From the NCBI GenBank assembly GCA_044440125.1, contig JBITAJ010000012.1, positions 224,001 to 288,000 on the forward strand: a stretch of 64,000 nt of DNA, given 5' to 3'. The notes under the pieces were generated by a model. The model saw only the letters and a program-made list of their open reading frames with translations, did not search any database and was not told where the DNA came from. Within the stretch, counting starts at the first letter, position 1; every line of letters starts with the position of its first letter. Both the position numbers and the translations under genes were made by a program. Source of the stretch: Sedimentisphaeraceae bacterium JB056. GTDB lineage: Bacteria > Planctomycetota > Phycisphaerae > Sedimentisphaerales > Sedimentisphaeraceae. Of the stretch, positions 1 to 9,147 are shown piece by piece.

Positions 1-927
1 GTTACGAAACTAAACAGCAAGGATCTCCGTGAGCTGCGCAAAAGAAAGATATCAATGGTCTTTCAGCATTTCGGGCTTCTTCCTCATCGCAATGTTTTGG
101 AAAATGTGGTCTTCGGTCTTGAAATTCAGGGTATAAGCAGAAGCGAGCGGTATGAAAAAGCAGAAAATGCCATACAGCTTGTAGGGCTTGACGGCTATCA
201 GAAAAGTGCGGTATCAAACCTCAGCGGCGGTATGCAGCAGAGGGTTGGTCTGGCAAGGGCTATAGCTGCCGATACTGAATTGATATTGATGGATGAGGCC
301 TTCAGTGCTTTGGATCCTCTGATCAGGACCAATATGCAGGATGAACTGCTTGAGCTTCAGTCAAGAATGCATAAGACGATACTTTTCATTACTCATGATC
401 TTGACGAGGCGCTTAAGCTTGGCGACAGGATTGCTATAATGAAGGACGGTCTTATAGAGCAGATTGATACTCCTGAACAGATATTGATTTCGCCGGCTTC
501 TCAATATATCGAGAATTTTGTTGAGAATGTCGACCGCTCAAAAATAATAACAGCCGGTACCATCATGCACAGGCCTGATGTTGTCGCGACCCACAAGGAT
601 GGACCTAAGTCTGCCTTGAGACATATGAGACAATCCGGACTCTCGACACTTTATGTTGTTGATGCTCAGCGAGCTCTTGCCGGTTACATAAAGATTGATG
701 ATGCTGTTGAGGCATCTAAGAATCACGTAACTTCACTTGAGCCGATATTGAACAAGGATGTGCCTACTACGTCCGCGGATACACCTCTGATAGATTTGCT
801 CAATATTGCCAGCGAGACGACACGTCCTATTGTTGTTACTAATGATAGCGATCATATAAAAGGTATTGTTACCCGTACCGGCATTCTTGCTGCCTTAGCG
901 GGGGAAAGTTTGGAAAATGAAAATTGA
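1..927 (+). CDS. proV: Glycine betaine/proline ABC transporter ATP-binding subunit (ProV/OpuAA), 5'-truncated by window edge
   Basis: Frame open from base 1; LSGGMQQRVGLARA signature, ILMDEAFSALDP Walker B/D-loop, ITHDLDEA H-loop, C-terminal CBS-like region; followed by permease and binding protein. Confidence 0.93.
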   Translation, partial: VTKLNSKDLRELRKRKISMVFQHFGLLPHRNVLENVVFGLEIQGISRSERYEKAENAIQLVGLDGYQKSAVSNLSGGMQQRVGLARAIAADTELILMDEAFSALDPLIRTNMQDELLELQSRMHKTILFITHDLDEALKLGDRIAIMKDGLIEQIDTPEQILISPASQYIENFVENVDRSKIITAGTIMHRPDVVATHKDGPKSALRHMRQSGLSTLYVVDAQRALAGYIKIDDAVEASKNHVTSLEPILNKDVPTTSADTPLIDLLNIASETTRPIVVTNDSDHIKGIVTRTGILAALAGESLENEN

Positions 928-1759
928 TCTTCATATAGGTGAGTCATTTGAAACATTCATAAACTGGCTAACTGACAATTTTGCCGTTTTCTTTGATGCT
1001 ATAAGTGATGGAGTTAAAAACCTTATTGAGCTTCTTGAAAACGGGCTTGCTGCTCCCAGTCCTTTGGTAATGATACTGATACTTGCTGCAGTTGCCTGGT
1101 ATGCAAACGGCTGGAAAAAGTGGGGCTTCCCACTGTTCAGCATTATAGGTTTCCTCATTGTTTATTCGATGGGACTTTGGGAATATCTTATACAGACAAT
1201 GGCTCTTGTATTTGTGTCGACCTTTATTGCGCTTCTGATAGGCGTGCCGCTTGGTATCGTTTCGGGCAGAAACAAGAAGGCCAACGCCATTATAAGGCCT
1301 TGCCTCGACTTCATGCAGACTATGCCTGCTTTTGTTTATCTGATTCCTGCGGTTCTGTTTTTTCAGCTTGGTAAGGTGCCGGGGGTTATGGCGACTGTGA
1401 TATTCGCGATGCCTCCTGCTGTAAGGCTTACAAGTCTGGGGCTTCTTCAAGTACCAGATGAGGTAATGGAAGCGAGTGTCTCGTATGGTTCGACTACTGC
1501 ACAGCAATTACTGAAAGTGCAGCTTCCTGTGGCACTTCCAAGTATTCTTGCAGGAATCAACCAGACAATAATGCTGGCACTTTCAATGGTGGTGATCGCG
1601 GCAATGATCGGCGCCGGAGGTCTTGGCAATCAGGTACTCAAAGGTATAACACAGCTCAAGATTGGTCTTGGATTTGAAAGCGGAGTAGCTATCGTTATTC
1701 TGGCCATATATCTTGACAGAGTTACACAAGCAATCGGAAATAAAATAAGTAAAGTATAA
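917..1759 (+). CDS. proW: Glycine betaine ABC transporter permease (ProW/OpuAB)
   Basis: LDFMQTMPAFVYLIP, EAA-like loop, GINQTIMLALSMVVIAAMIGAGGLG; multiple TM segments. Confidence 0.93.
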   Translation: MKIDLHIGESFETFINWLTDNFAVFFDAISDGVKNLIELLENGLAAPSPLVMILILAAVAWYANGWKKWGFPLFSIIGFLIVYSMGLWEYLIQTMALVFVSTFIALLIGVPLGIVSGRNKKANAIIRPCLDFMQTMPAFVYLIPAVLFFQLGKVPGVMATVIFAMPPAVRLTSLGLLQVPDEVMEASVSYGSTTAQQLLKVQLPVALPSILAGINQTIMLALSMVVIAAMIGAGGLGNQVLKGITQLKIGLGFESGVAIVILAIYLDRVTQAIGNKISKV

Positions 1760-1775
1760 AAACAAAGGAGAAATA

Positions 1776-2672
1776 ATGAAGACAACTATTTTTAAATTAG
1801 TACTAATCGCGGCAATCTTTTCATTTGTGATCAGCGGTTGTAAAAAAGCAGACAATTCACAGTCAGGTCAGCAAGCTCAGAGTGATACTAAAAAAGTCAA
1901 GCTTGCTTATGTTAACTGGTCAGAAGGTGTTGCTCTTACAGAGCTTATGGAGTATATTCTTACTGATATGGGCTATGAAGTAGAGACTACCATGGCTGAT
2001 GTTGCACCAATATACGCCGCTATTGCAGGTGGTGATCAGGACATAATGATCGAGACATGGGTTCCTGTAACACACAAGTCTTACTGGGATAAATATTCTG
2101 CCGATTTTGATGAACTTGGTACATGGTTTGACAAGGCGAAGATTGGCCTGGTTGTTCCTGAATATATGGAAATAAACAGCATAGAAGAGCTTAATTCTGT
2201 AAAGGATTCTCTTGAAGGCAAGATTACAGGTATTGATGCCGGTGCCGGAATAATGGTAGCCTCAGAAAAGGCTATTGAAGATTATTCTCTTGAATATGAA
2301 CTTATTTCATCAAGCGGACCTGCAATGACAGCTGCCCTTAAATCTGCTATTGACAAGAAAGAGCCTGTTGTTGTTACAGGTTGGGCTCCGCACTGGAAAT
2401 TTGCAAGATATGACCTCAAATTCCTGGAAGACCCCAAAGGCGTTTATGGCAGTGAAGAGCAGATAAAATTCATATGCCGTAAAGGATTCAAGGAAGATTC
2501 TCCGGAAGTAGCGACTTTATTTGCAAACATAAAGTTTGATCTTAACCAGATAGGTTCTCTTATGGATGCGGTATCTCAGGCTGACGGCAATGAAAAAGAA
2601 GCTGTAGCAAAATGGGTTACTGAAAACCAGGAACTGGTTGATGGCTGGAAAGCAGCAATCACTCAGGAATAA
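1776..2672 (+). CDS. proX: Glycine betaine ABC transporter substrate-binding lipoprotein (ProX/OpuAC)
   Basis: Lipobox ISGC; YVNWSEG, ITGIDAGAG, VTGWAPHWKF, LEDPKG motifs; AAGGAG RBS. Confidence 0.9.
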   Translation: MKTTIFKLVLIAAIFSFVISGCKKADNSQSGQQAQSDTKKVKLAYVNWSEGVALTELMEYILTDMGYEVETTMADVAPIYAAIAGGDQDIMIETWVPVTHKSYWDKYSADFDELGTWFDKAKIGLVVPEYMEINSIEELNSVKDSLEGKITGIDAGAGIMVASEKAIEDYSLEYELISSSGPAMTAALKSAIDKKEPVVVTGWAPHWKFARYDLKFLEDPKGVYGSEEQIKFICRKGFKEDSPEVATLFANIKFDLNQIGSLMDAVSQADGNEKEAVAKWVTENQELVDGWKAAITQE

Positions 2673-2695
2673 TGTGCATATAATATTAGCATGTC

Positions 2696-2731
2696 AAAGG
2701 GGCAAAATCTTATTGGTTTTGCCCCTTTTTT
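2696..2731 (+). terminator. Rho-independent terminator of the betaine transporter operon
   Basis: aaaggggcaaaa / ttttgccccttt inverted repeat followed by T run. Confidence 0.85.
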
Positions 2732-2813
2732 AATTTTCATACCCATCAATCGATTTGTTAGTGTTAGTTAAAAAACTTGCATTATAGCCGAATGATGATA
2801 AAATAGCAGGACT

Positions 2814-3218
2814 ATGTTGAGGTCGAGATTAACAATATTGTTTATAGCATTAATGTGCTTTAACTGTTTAAGCGGACTTTTTGCTGTGATATGTTATGGA
2901 TGTGATGGGCATATCGAAATAGAATATGCTCAGCATGACCAGTGCCAATGCGCAAAAGATTCTACAGACTCGAGCTCTGACACTATAAGCTCATTTGATG
3001 GGCATAGCCATTGCAAGGATTTTGCTGCTTCGGCAAGTCTCATTGCTCCTTCTCAGAAAAATATCAAGCGTCAGATACAGAGCTTACAAAACCTTGTAAT
3101 TACGATTTTGTCAAGCTGCGATGAAAATGAACACATAATTTTTCAGAAATATTATAAGCAAAGCAGTGGTATCTTCACTTTTTGCGACAGCCTTCGAACA
3201 GTCATCCTCATAGCATGA
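2814..3218 (+). CDS. Small His/Cys-rich protein with hydrophobic N-terminus, upstream of metal efflux operon
   Basis: 134 aa; CYGCDGH, HDQCQC, HSHCKD clusters; position directly before czcC-like gene. Confidence 0.65.
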   Translation: MLRSRLTILFIALMCFNCLSGLFAVICYGCDGHIEIEYAQHDQCQCAKDSTDSSSDTISSFDGHSHCKDFAASASLIAPSQKNIKRQIQSLQNLVITILSSCDENEHIIFQKYYKQSSGIFTFCDSLRTVILIA

Positions 3219-3309
3219 TTTTTGACATTCCTTTTGATTTCTTAAATAAATAACCGTTGAATATTGTTTCTGCGGTAAATCTGTATCTTTATAAAAAGGA
3301 ATATCATCT

Positions 3310-4608
3310 ATGAGAGATATCAAAGTCTTTCTATTCGTACTTCTCTTGGTTAATCTGCCTCTTAGTACGACATATGCCGAAGATAATCAGGCAACATGTG
3401 ATAAAAATAAACAAAGTTCTTTGACGTTGAGTTATGCACTTGCCCTTACATTAGAAAATAATCCGGAGCTAAAAGCCTGCTCTATCGAGATAAAGGCGGC
3501 GTGGGCAAGAGAGCTGCAGGCATCGCTTCGTCCAAATCCCGAACTTGAGATAGAGCTGGAGGAGTTTGGCGGCAGCGGTGAGGCTTCGGGTTTTGATTCT
3601 GCCGAAACCAATATTGTATTAAGCCAGCTTATAGAACGCGGCGGCAAATTGGAAAAAAGAAAAAGGGTTGCCTCTATTGACAGAAAGCTTGCCGATCTGG
3701 AATCTCAAAGTAAAAAGCTGGAGATATTCAGTGAAACCTCAAAGGCTTTTGTTGATGTATTGTCTGCTCAGGAGATGGTCAAGCTTTCGAAAGAACTGCT
3801 CAGACTTTCAAAAGAGTCTTACAATGCGGTATCCAAAAGAGTTGATGCCGGCAAGGATTCACCAATAGAAAAAACGAAGGCATCAATAATTCTTGCAAAC
3901 AGCAGGATATCCTATGAACAAAGTCAGAGAAAACTGGAATACGCTCGTAAAAAACTGTGCACTTTCTGGGCTGCCGACAGCTTGGGTTTCAAGGATGTAA
4001 GTGGTGATCTGGGGAATATGGGCAGGCTTATCGCAATGGAAGATGTTGCTGAAAAGCTCCAACTGAATCCTGAATATATCATGCACGTTACGGAAATAAC
4101 GAAACAAAAAGCTATACTTGATCTTGAGCGTTCAAATGCCAAAAGTGATATTACGCTTGGAGCCGGAGTCAAAAGATCAAATGAGACTGATGATAATACC
4201 TTTATGATAGGCATCTCAATACCCCTGCCTATATCGAACAGAAATCAGGGGGCTAAAAAAGAAGCTTTCTACAATCTCCAGAAATCGAGAGAAGAGAAAA
4301 AGGCTGGATTGATGAAGTTGAAGAATGAATTCAACGAAGCTTATCAGGAATATGTCAACTCGTATAATTTAGCATTGTCGCTGAAGAAAGACGTTCTTCC
4401 GGCGTCGGTGGAGATGTATGATCTGACGAAAGAAGCATACGAAGAGGGGAAGGTTGATTATCTTGAGCTTCTTGATGCTCAGCGAACTTTCTTTGAGGTA
4501 AAGAATGAATATGTTGAAACTCTCACTTCATATCATGAATCGAAGATCGAGTTGGAGAGTTATATTTCAAGCACAATACAAACAAAAAATATTTCGGAAA
4601 GCGAGTAG
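3310..4608 (+). CDS. czcC: TolC-family outer membrane factor, CzcC-like
   Basis: Signal peptide; PNPEL, LSQLIERGGK, ISIPLPISNRNQG, YEEGKVDYLELLDAQRT motifs; operon context. Confidence 0.88.
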   Translation: MRDIKVFLFVLLLVNLPLSTTYAEDNQATCDKNKQSSLTLSYALALTLENNPELKACSIEIKAAWARELQASLRPNPELEIELEEFGGSGEASGFDSAETNIVLSQLIERGGKLEKRKRVASIDRKLADLESQSKKLEIFSETSKAFVDVLSAQEMVKLSKELLRLSKESYNAVSKRVDAGKDSPIEKTKASIILANSRISYEQSQRKLEYARKKLCTFWAADSLGFKDVSGDLGNMGRLIAMEDVAEKLQLNPEYIMHVTEITKQKAILDLERSNAKSDITLGAGVKRSNETDDNTFMIGISIPLPISNRNQGAKKEAFYNLQKSREEKKAGLMKLKNEFNEAYQEYVNSYNLALSLKKDVLPASVEMYDLTKEAYEEGKVDYLELLDAQRTFFEVKNEYVETLTSYHESKIELESYISSTIQTKNISESE

Positions 4609-4613
4609 ATAAC

Positions 4614-5942
4614 ATGAGAAGTAAAAACATTGCAACTATAATCCTTGTAATACTGACTGCCGGGATTTTTGTATACGTGACAGCAAAAGAAGAAGTTTGC
4701 TCCGGTCACGATCATGAACATGACCAGAGAGTAGTTGAACTTAAAGCAGAAGAAGTTTGTTCCGATGAGCATGATCATGATTCAAAAGAAGGGCACGGAT
4801 TGCACGATGAAGAAGATGGCCACCAAGAGGATTCAGGTCATGAAGGTCATGGCCATGGTGAATCTGAACACGCTGAAAAAATAGTTGAACTGACTGAGAA
4901 ACAAATCGAGCAGATTGGACTTGAAACATCTGTCGCCAAAGGTGGAACGATAGATATAACGACCATGCTAACCGGAGAAATAAATCTTAATGAAGATCGA
5001 ATGGTTCAGGTTGTTCCCAGAGTTGAGGGCATTGTTGTTGCCGTCAATAAGAAACTTGGCGACAAGGTTCATCAAGGTGAAATACTTGCAGTTCTTGAAA
5101 GCAGAGAGCTTGCCGATATGAAGACTGAATATCTTGCGGAGCTTGAAAGATATGAGTTGGCAAAGCTTAGTTTCGAACGTGAGGAGAAGCTATGGAAAGA
5201 TAAGATCTCTTCGCAACAGGAATATCTTGAGATCAGGCAGGCATTTGTCGAAACGAAAATCGCAAAACAATCTGCCGAACAAAAACTTGTTGCGATAGGT
5301 TTTGATAAGTCTTACCTCAAAAAACTTGCAGAAGGTTCCGAGCAGAAACTGACTCGTTTTGAGATCAAGGCTCCGTTTGATGGAGAAGTTATCAGCAAAG
5401 ATATAGTGCTTGGTAAACTTGTCGGAATTGAGAGCGTGGTATATGTAATTGCCGATTTAGATACTGTATGGATAGATCTTCAAGTTTATTCGGGTGATAT
5501 GAATTTTATAAAAGAAGGTCAGAATGTACATGTATTCATTGACGGTCGTGATGTTTCGGTTGAAACTAAAATAGATTATCTCGGGGCGGTTGCTGACGCT
5601 GAGTCTCGCACGATACTGGCTCGTTCGGTAGCTGATAACAGCTCAGGGATTTTTAAGCCGGGACTGTTTGTAACTGCTTCTGCCGCTGTATCTAAAACAG
5701 AAGCGAAAGTTGTTGTCGAGAAGGATGCCGTGCAGTCTATCAATGGAGAAAAGTGTGTGTTCGTAAAGGATGAACATGGATATGAACAGCTTTATGTGGA
5801 GACAGGGGTGCAGGACCATGACAGTGTCGAAATAACTTCCGGGCTTTCAGTGGGACAGGAATATGTAGCTAAAGGTGCATTTGCTCTTAAGTCCAAGATT
5901 GTAACATCAACGCTTGACAGTCACGCCGGACACGGACACTAA
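4614..5942 (+). CDS. czcB: Heavy-metal RND efflux periplasmic adaptor, CzcB-like, with His-rich N-terminal region
   Basis: N-terminal TM, His/acidic tract, lipoyl half-motifs (LGDKVHQGEILA, IKAPFDGEV), ADLDTVW, C-terminal HAGHGH. Confidence 0.88.
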   Translation: MRSKNIATIILVILTAGIFVYVTAKEEVCSGHDHEHDQRVVELKAEEVCSDEHDHDSKEGHGLHDEEDGHQEDSGHEGHGHGESEHAEKIVELTEKQIEQIGLETSVAKGGTIDITTMLTGEINLNEDRMVQVVPRVEGIVVAVNKKLGDKVHQGEILAVLESRELADMKTEYLAELERYELAKLSFEREEKLWKDKISSQQEYLEIRQAFVETKIAKQSAEQKLVAIGFDKSYLKKLAEGSEQKLTRFEIKAPFDGEVISKDIVLGKLVGIESVVYVIADLDTVWIDLQVYSGDMNFIKEGQNVHVFIDGRDVSVETKIDYLGAVADAESRTILARSVADNSSGIFKPGLFVTASAAVSKTEAKVVVEKDAVQSINGEKCVFVKDEHGYEQLYVETGVQDHDSVEITSGLSVGQEYVAKGAFALKSKIVTSTLDSHAGHGH

Positions 5943-5954
5943 GAGGAGAAACTT

Positions 5955-8900
5955 ATGCATAAAAAAATAATAAATATATCATTACATTATCGTTTCTTTG
6001 TGATACTTGCCATATTCGGTATAACCGCTATAGGTATTTATGAATACAAGCAGTTGCCGGTTGACGCATTTCCGGATATCTCACCTACTATGGTTCCGAT
6101 ATTCGCCGAGGCTCACGGCATGGCTCCTGAAGAAGTGGAGCGGCTGATAACATTTCCTATTGAATCGGCAATGAATGGTTTGCCCGATGTCAAGCAGATA
6201 AAATCAACATCTGCTTTTGGGATGGCGGTTGTCTATGTTTATTTCGAAGATGGAACGGATATTTATTTTGCTCGTCAAATTGTTTCCGAACGGCTTAACG
6301 AGGCTCTTTCGAAACTTCCGCAAATGCACGAGGCGCCGACGCTCGGTCCGATATCAACGGGGCTTGGCCAGGTGTTTATCTATTATCTGACGATGAATGA
6401 TTCTGTGGATACTGAAGGCAAAGAGCCGGCGACTTATCTTCGTGAACTCAACGACTGGATTGTGAAGTATCAGTTGCAGACGGTTCCCGGAGTTACGGAT
6501 ATTCTTTCTATCGGTGGACACGTACTTCAGTACCAGATAAAGGTAAATCCTCATTTGTTGAATAAATACCAGATTTCTCTTGAGGAAATAGTGTCGGCGG
6601 TCAACTCGAACAATAAAAACGCGGGTGGTCAATTTGTTGTAGCCGGAAGTGAAGAGCATCTTGTAAGAGGCATCGGGCTCATGGATGATCTTGAAGATAT
6701 ACGCAGTACCCAGATAAAAGTTGTCGGAAGTACTCCGATAAAGATAGCGGATGTCGCCAAAATAGAATACGGCAAAGAGCTTCGCCGAGGTGTGGTTTCA
6801 AGAAATGGTGAGCAGGAAGTTGTTTCAGGTATCGTGATGAAATTGTTTGGAGCAAACACTTCAAAGGTTATCGGTCGTTTGTATGAAAAGATACCGGAAG
6901 TTCAGAATGCACTTCCTGAGGGAGTTGAGCTTGTGCCGTATTATCAGCAGGCCGAGCTTGTCGATCAGGCAACGTGGACAGTTAAAAAAGCCTTGATGCA
7001 GGGGGCTCTGCTCGTGATAGTGGTATTGTTCGTGTTTCTCGGTAATCTGCGTTCGGCTTTTATCGTTTCGCTTGCTTTGCCGCTTTGTGCATTTATCGCC
7101 ATAATACTGATGAGACGAACAGGGATTTCGGCTAACCTTATGTCGCTGGGCGGTATCGCTATTGCTATCGGCATGCTTTGTGATGGTGCGATAGTAATGG
7201 TAGAGAATATTTTCAGGCATCTCAATACCAATGCGAATAATACCATCGCCAATAAAATAGACATTATATATGAAGCGGCTAAGGAAGTATCAAAGCCCAT
7301 AATCTTTTCAATACTAATAATCATTACCGTATTTCTGCCGATATTCACTCTTGGAGAGGTGGAAGGCAAAATGTTTTCGCCTATGGCCTTCACTCTTTGC
7401 TTTGCGATATTGGGATCACTTTTGATAGCAATAATTGCCGCGCCGGCATTATGTACTTATCTTCTCAATGCAAAATCGCACAAGGAATTTGTGCTTGTAA
7501 CTCTTCTTAAAAAGATATACAGGCCGCTTCTTGTTGCCGCGGTCAAGCACAGGAAAATAGTATTGCTTATTGTGGCTGCTGCTTTTGCTGCAAGCTTGCT
7601 TGTTGTTCCTTACCTCGGCACTGAATTCATACCGACGCTTGAAGAAGGGTCGATACTTATAGGTGTTACAATGGCGCCTTCGACATCTCTTGAAAAAGCT
7701 ACCGAGATAGTTCAGTCGCTTGAAAGAGAGGCCGTTAAGTTTGGCGAAGTTGATGAGGTTGTTTCCCGAATCGGGCGACCGGAAGCAGGAAGCCATCCTC
7801 ATCCTGTGAATTATGCGGAGGTTCATATTGAGCTTAAGGAGCGGGACCAGTGGGAGCACTATGAAAACAAACAGCAGATTGTTAATGCACTGAATAAATC
7901 GCTTTCAACATATCCCGGAGTCCAGCTTAATTTTACTCAACCGATACAGAACGCTTTTGATGAACTGCTTTCCGGTATCAAAGCACAGGTTGCGATAAAG
8001 CTTTTCGGAGAAGATCTTGATGTCCTAAGAGATAAATCGACAGAAATACGGAATGCCATAGATAATATTCCAGGTCTTGTCGACTTGGCAGTTGAGCAGA
8101 GTTTTGGTCAGCCTCAGATACAGGTTGTTGCCGACCGACAGGCATGCAGACGTTATGGTGTCAATGTCAATGAGATTCTTGAGATTGTAGAGCTTGCGAT
8201 TGGCGGTGAGGTGATTGATAATATTTATCTCAATACAAGACGATTCGGCATTCACCTTCGTTATCAGCAAGAATACAGGTCAGATATTGAAGCGATAAAA
8301 AAACTGCTTGTGCATTCAGAAAACGGGATGCTTGTGCCGCTTAAAGAAGTTGCGGTTGTCAAAGAAGTGGTCGGTCCCATACAGGTTAACCGCGAAAAAA
8401 ATCAACGCCGCTGGATTGTTCAGGGCAACATTAGGGGCAGAGATCTTGGCGGCGTGATAGCTGATATAAAAGAGAGAATAGAAGAGAAAGTGGAATTGCC
8501 TGCGGGTTACTTTATCGAATACGGCGGACAATTCGAAAACCAGCAAAGGGCAATGACACGGCTTTCTATAATAGTGCCGATAGTTCTTGTACTGATTTTC
8601 CTGCTGCTGTATCTTACATTCGGTTCGATAAAAGAAGCGTTTTTGATAATACTCAATGTTCCGTTGGCACTGGTCGGTGGGATATTCGGGTTGCTGCTGA
8701 TGAAAGAATATCTTTCCGTACCGGCAGCAGTCGGGTTTATCGCTTTATTTGGTATCGCTGTACAGAATGGTGTGGTTCTGGTGAGCTACATCAATCAGCT
8801 TAGAAGAGATGGCATGGATATTGAGAGTGCGATAATCAAGGGGGCTTTGCAGCGATTGAGGCCTGTATTGATGACGGCAACAACAACTGTATTGGGCTTG

Positions 8901-9071
8901 ATGCCTTTGCTTCTCTCAAATGGAATCGGCTCTGAAGTTCAAAGGCCGCTTGCTTCGGTTGTAGTTTTCGGGCTGACTTCGGCTACGATACTTACGCTGT
9001 TCCTCATACCGGCATTTTATCCTTGGTTTGCAGTAAACTTTGATATGGAAAAGAAACAGCTTTCGAAATGA
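5955..9071 (+). CDS. czcA: CusA/CzcA-family heavy-metal RND efflux permease
   Basis: LPVDAFPDIS, APEEVERLITFPIE, NLMSLGGIAIAIGMLCDGAIVMVEN, RLRPVLMTA, GSEVQRPLA; metal specificity not determinable. Confidence 0.92.
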   Translation: MHKKIINISLHYRFFVILAIFGITAIGIYEYKQLPVDAFPDISPTMVPIFAEAHGMAPEEVERLITFPIESAMNGLPDVKQIKSTSAFGMAVVYVYFEDGTDIYFARQIVSERLNEALSKLPQMHEAPTLGPISTGLGQVFIYYLTMNDSVDTEGKEPATYLRELNDWIVKYQLQTVPGVTDILSIGGHVLQYQIKVNPHLLNKYQISLEEIVSAVNSNNKNAGGQFVVAGSEEHLVRGIGLMDDLEDIRSTQIKVVGSTPIKIADVAKIEYGKELRRGVVSRNGEQEVVSGIVMKLFGANTSKVIGRLYEKIPEVQNALPEGVELVPYYQQAELVDQATWTVKKALMQGALLVIVVLFVFLGNLRSAFIVSLALPLCAFIAIILMRRTGISANLMSLGGIAIAIGMLCDGAIVMVENIFRHLNTNANNTIANKIDIIYEAAKEVSKPIIFSILIIITVFLPIFTLGEVEGKMFSPMAFTLCFAILGSLLIAIIAAPALCTYLLNAKSHKEFVLVTLLKKIYRPLLVAAVKHRKIVLLIVAAAFAASLLVVPYLGTEFIPTLEEGSILIGVTMAPSTSLEKATEIVQSLEREAVKFGEVDEVVSRIGRPEAGSHPHPVNYAEVHIELKERDQWEHYENKQQIVNALNKSLSTYPGVQLNFTQPIQNAFDELLSGIKAQVAIKLFGEDLDVLRDKSTEIRNAIDNIPGLVDLAVEQSFGQPQIQVVADRQACRRYGVNVNEILEIVELAIGGEVIDNIYLNTRRFGIHLRYQQEYRSDIEAIKKLLVHSENGMLVPLKEVAVVKEVVGPIQVNREKNQRRWIVQGNIRGRDLGGVIADIKERIEEKVELPAGYFIEYGGQFENQQRAMTRLSIIVPIVLVLIFLLLYLTFGSIKEAFLIILNVPLALVGGIFGLLLMKEYLSVPAAVGFIALFGIAVQNGVVLVSYINQLRRDGMDIESAIIKGALQRLRPVLMTATTTVLGLMPLLLSNGIGSEVQRPLASVVVFGLTSATILTLFLIPAFYPWFAVNFDMEKKQLSK

Positions 9072-9080
9072 TGATTTAAT

Positions 9081-9119
9081 AAAACCGGCAGACTGATATA
9101 TGATCGTCTGCCGGTTTTT
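9081..9119. terminator. Bidirectional Rho-independent terminator between convergent genes
   Basis: aaaaccggcagac / gtctgccggtttt perfect 13-bp inverted repeat. Confidence 0.88.
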
Positions 9120-9147
9120 AATCTTTCGGGCTTATTGAGTTTTACTT

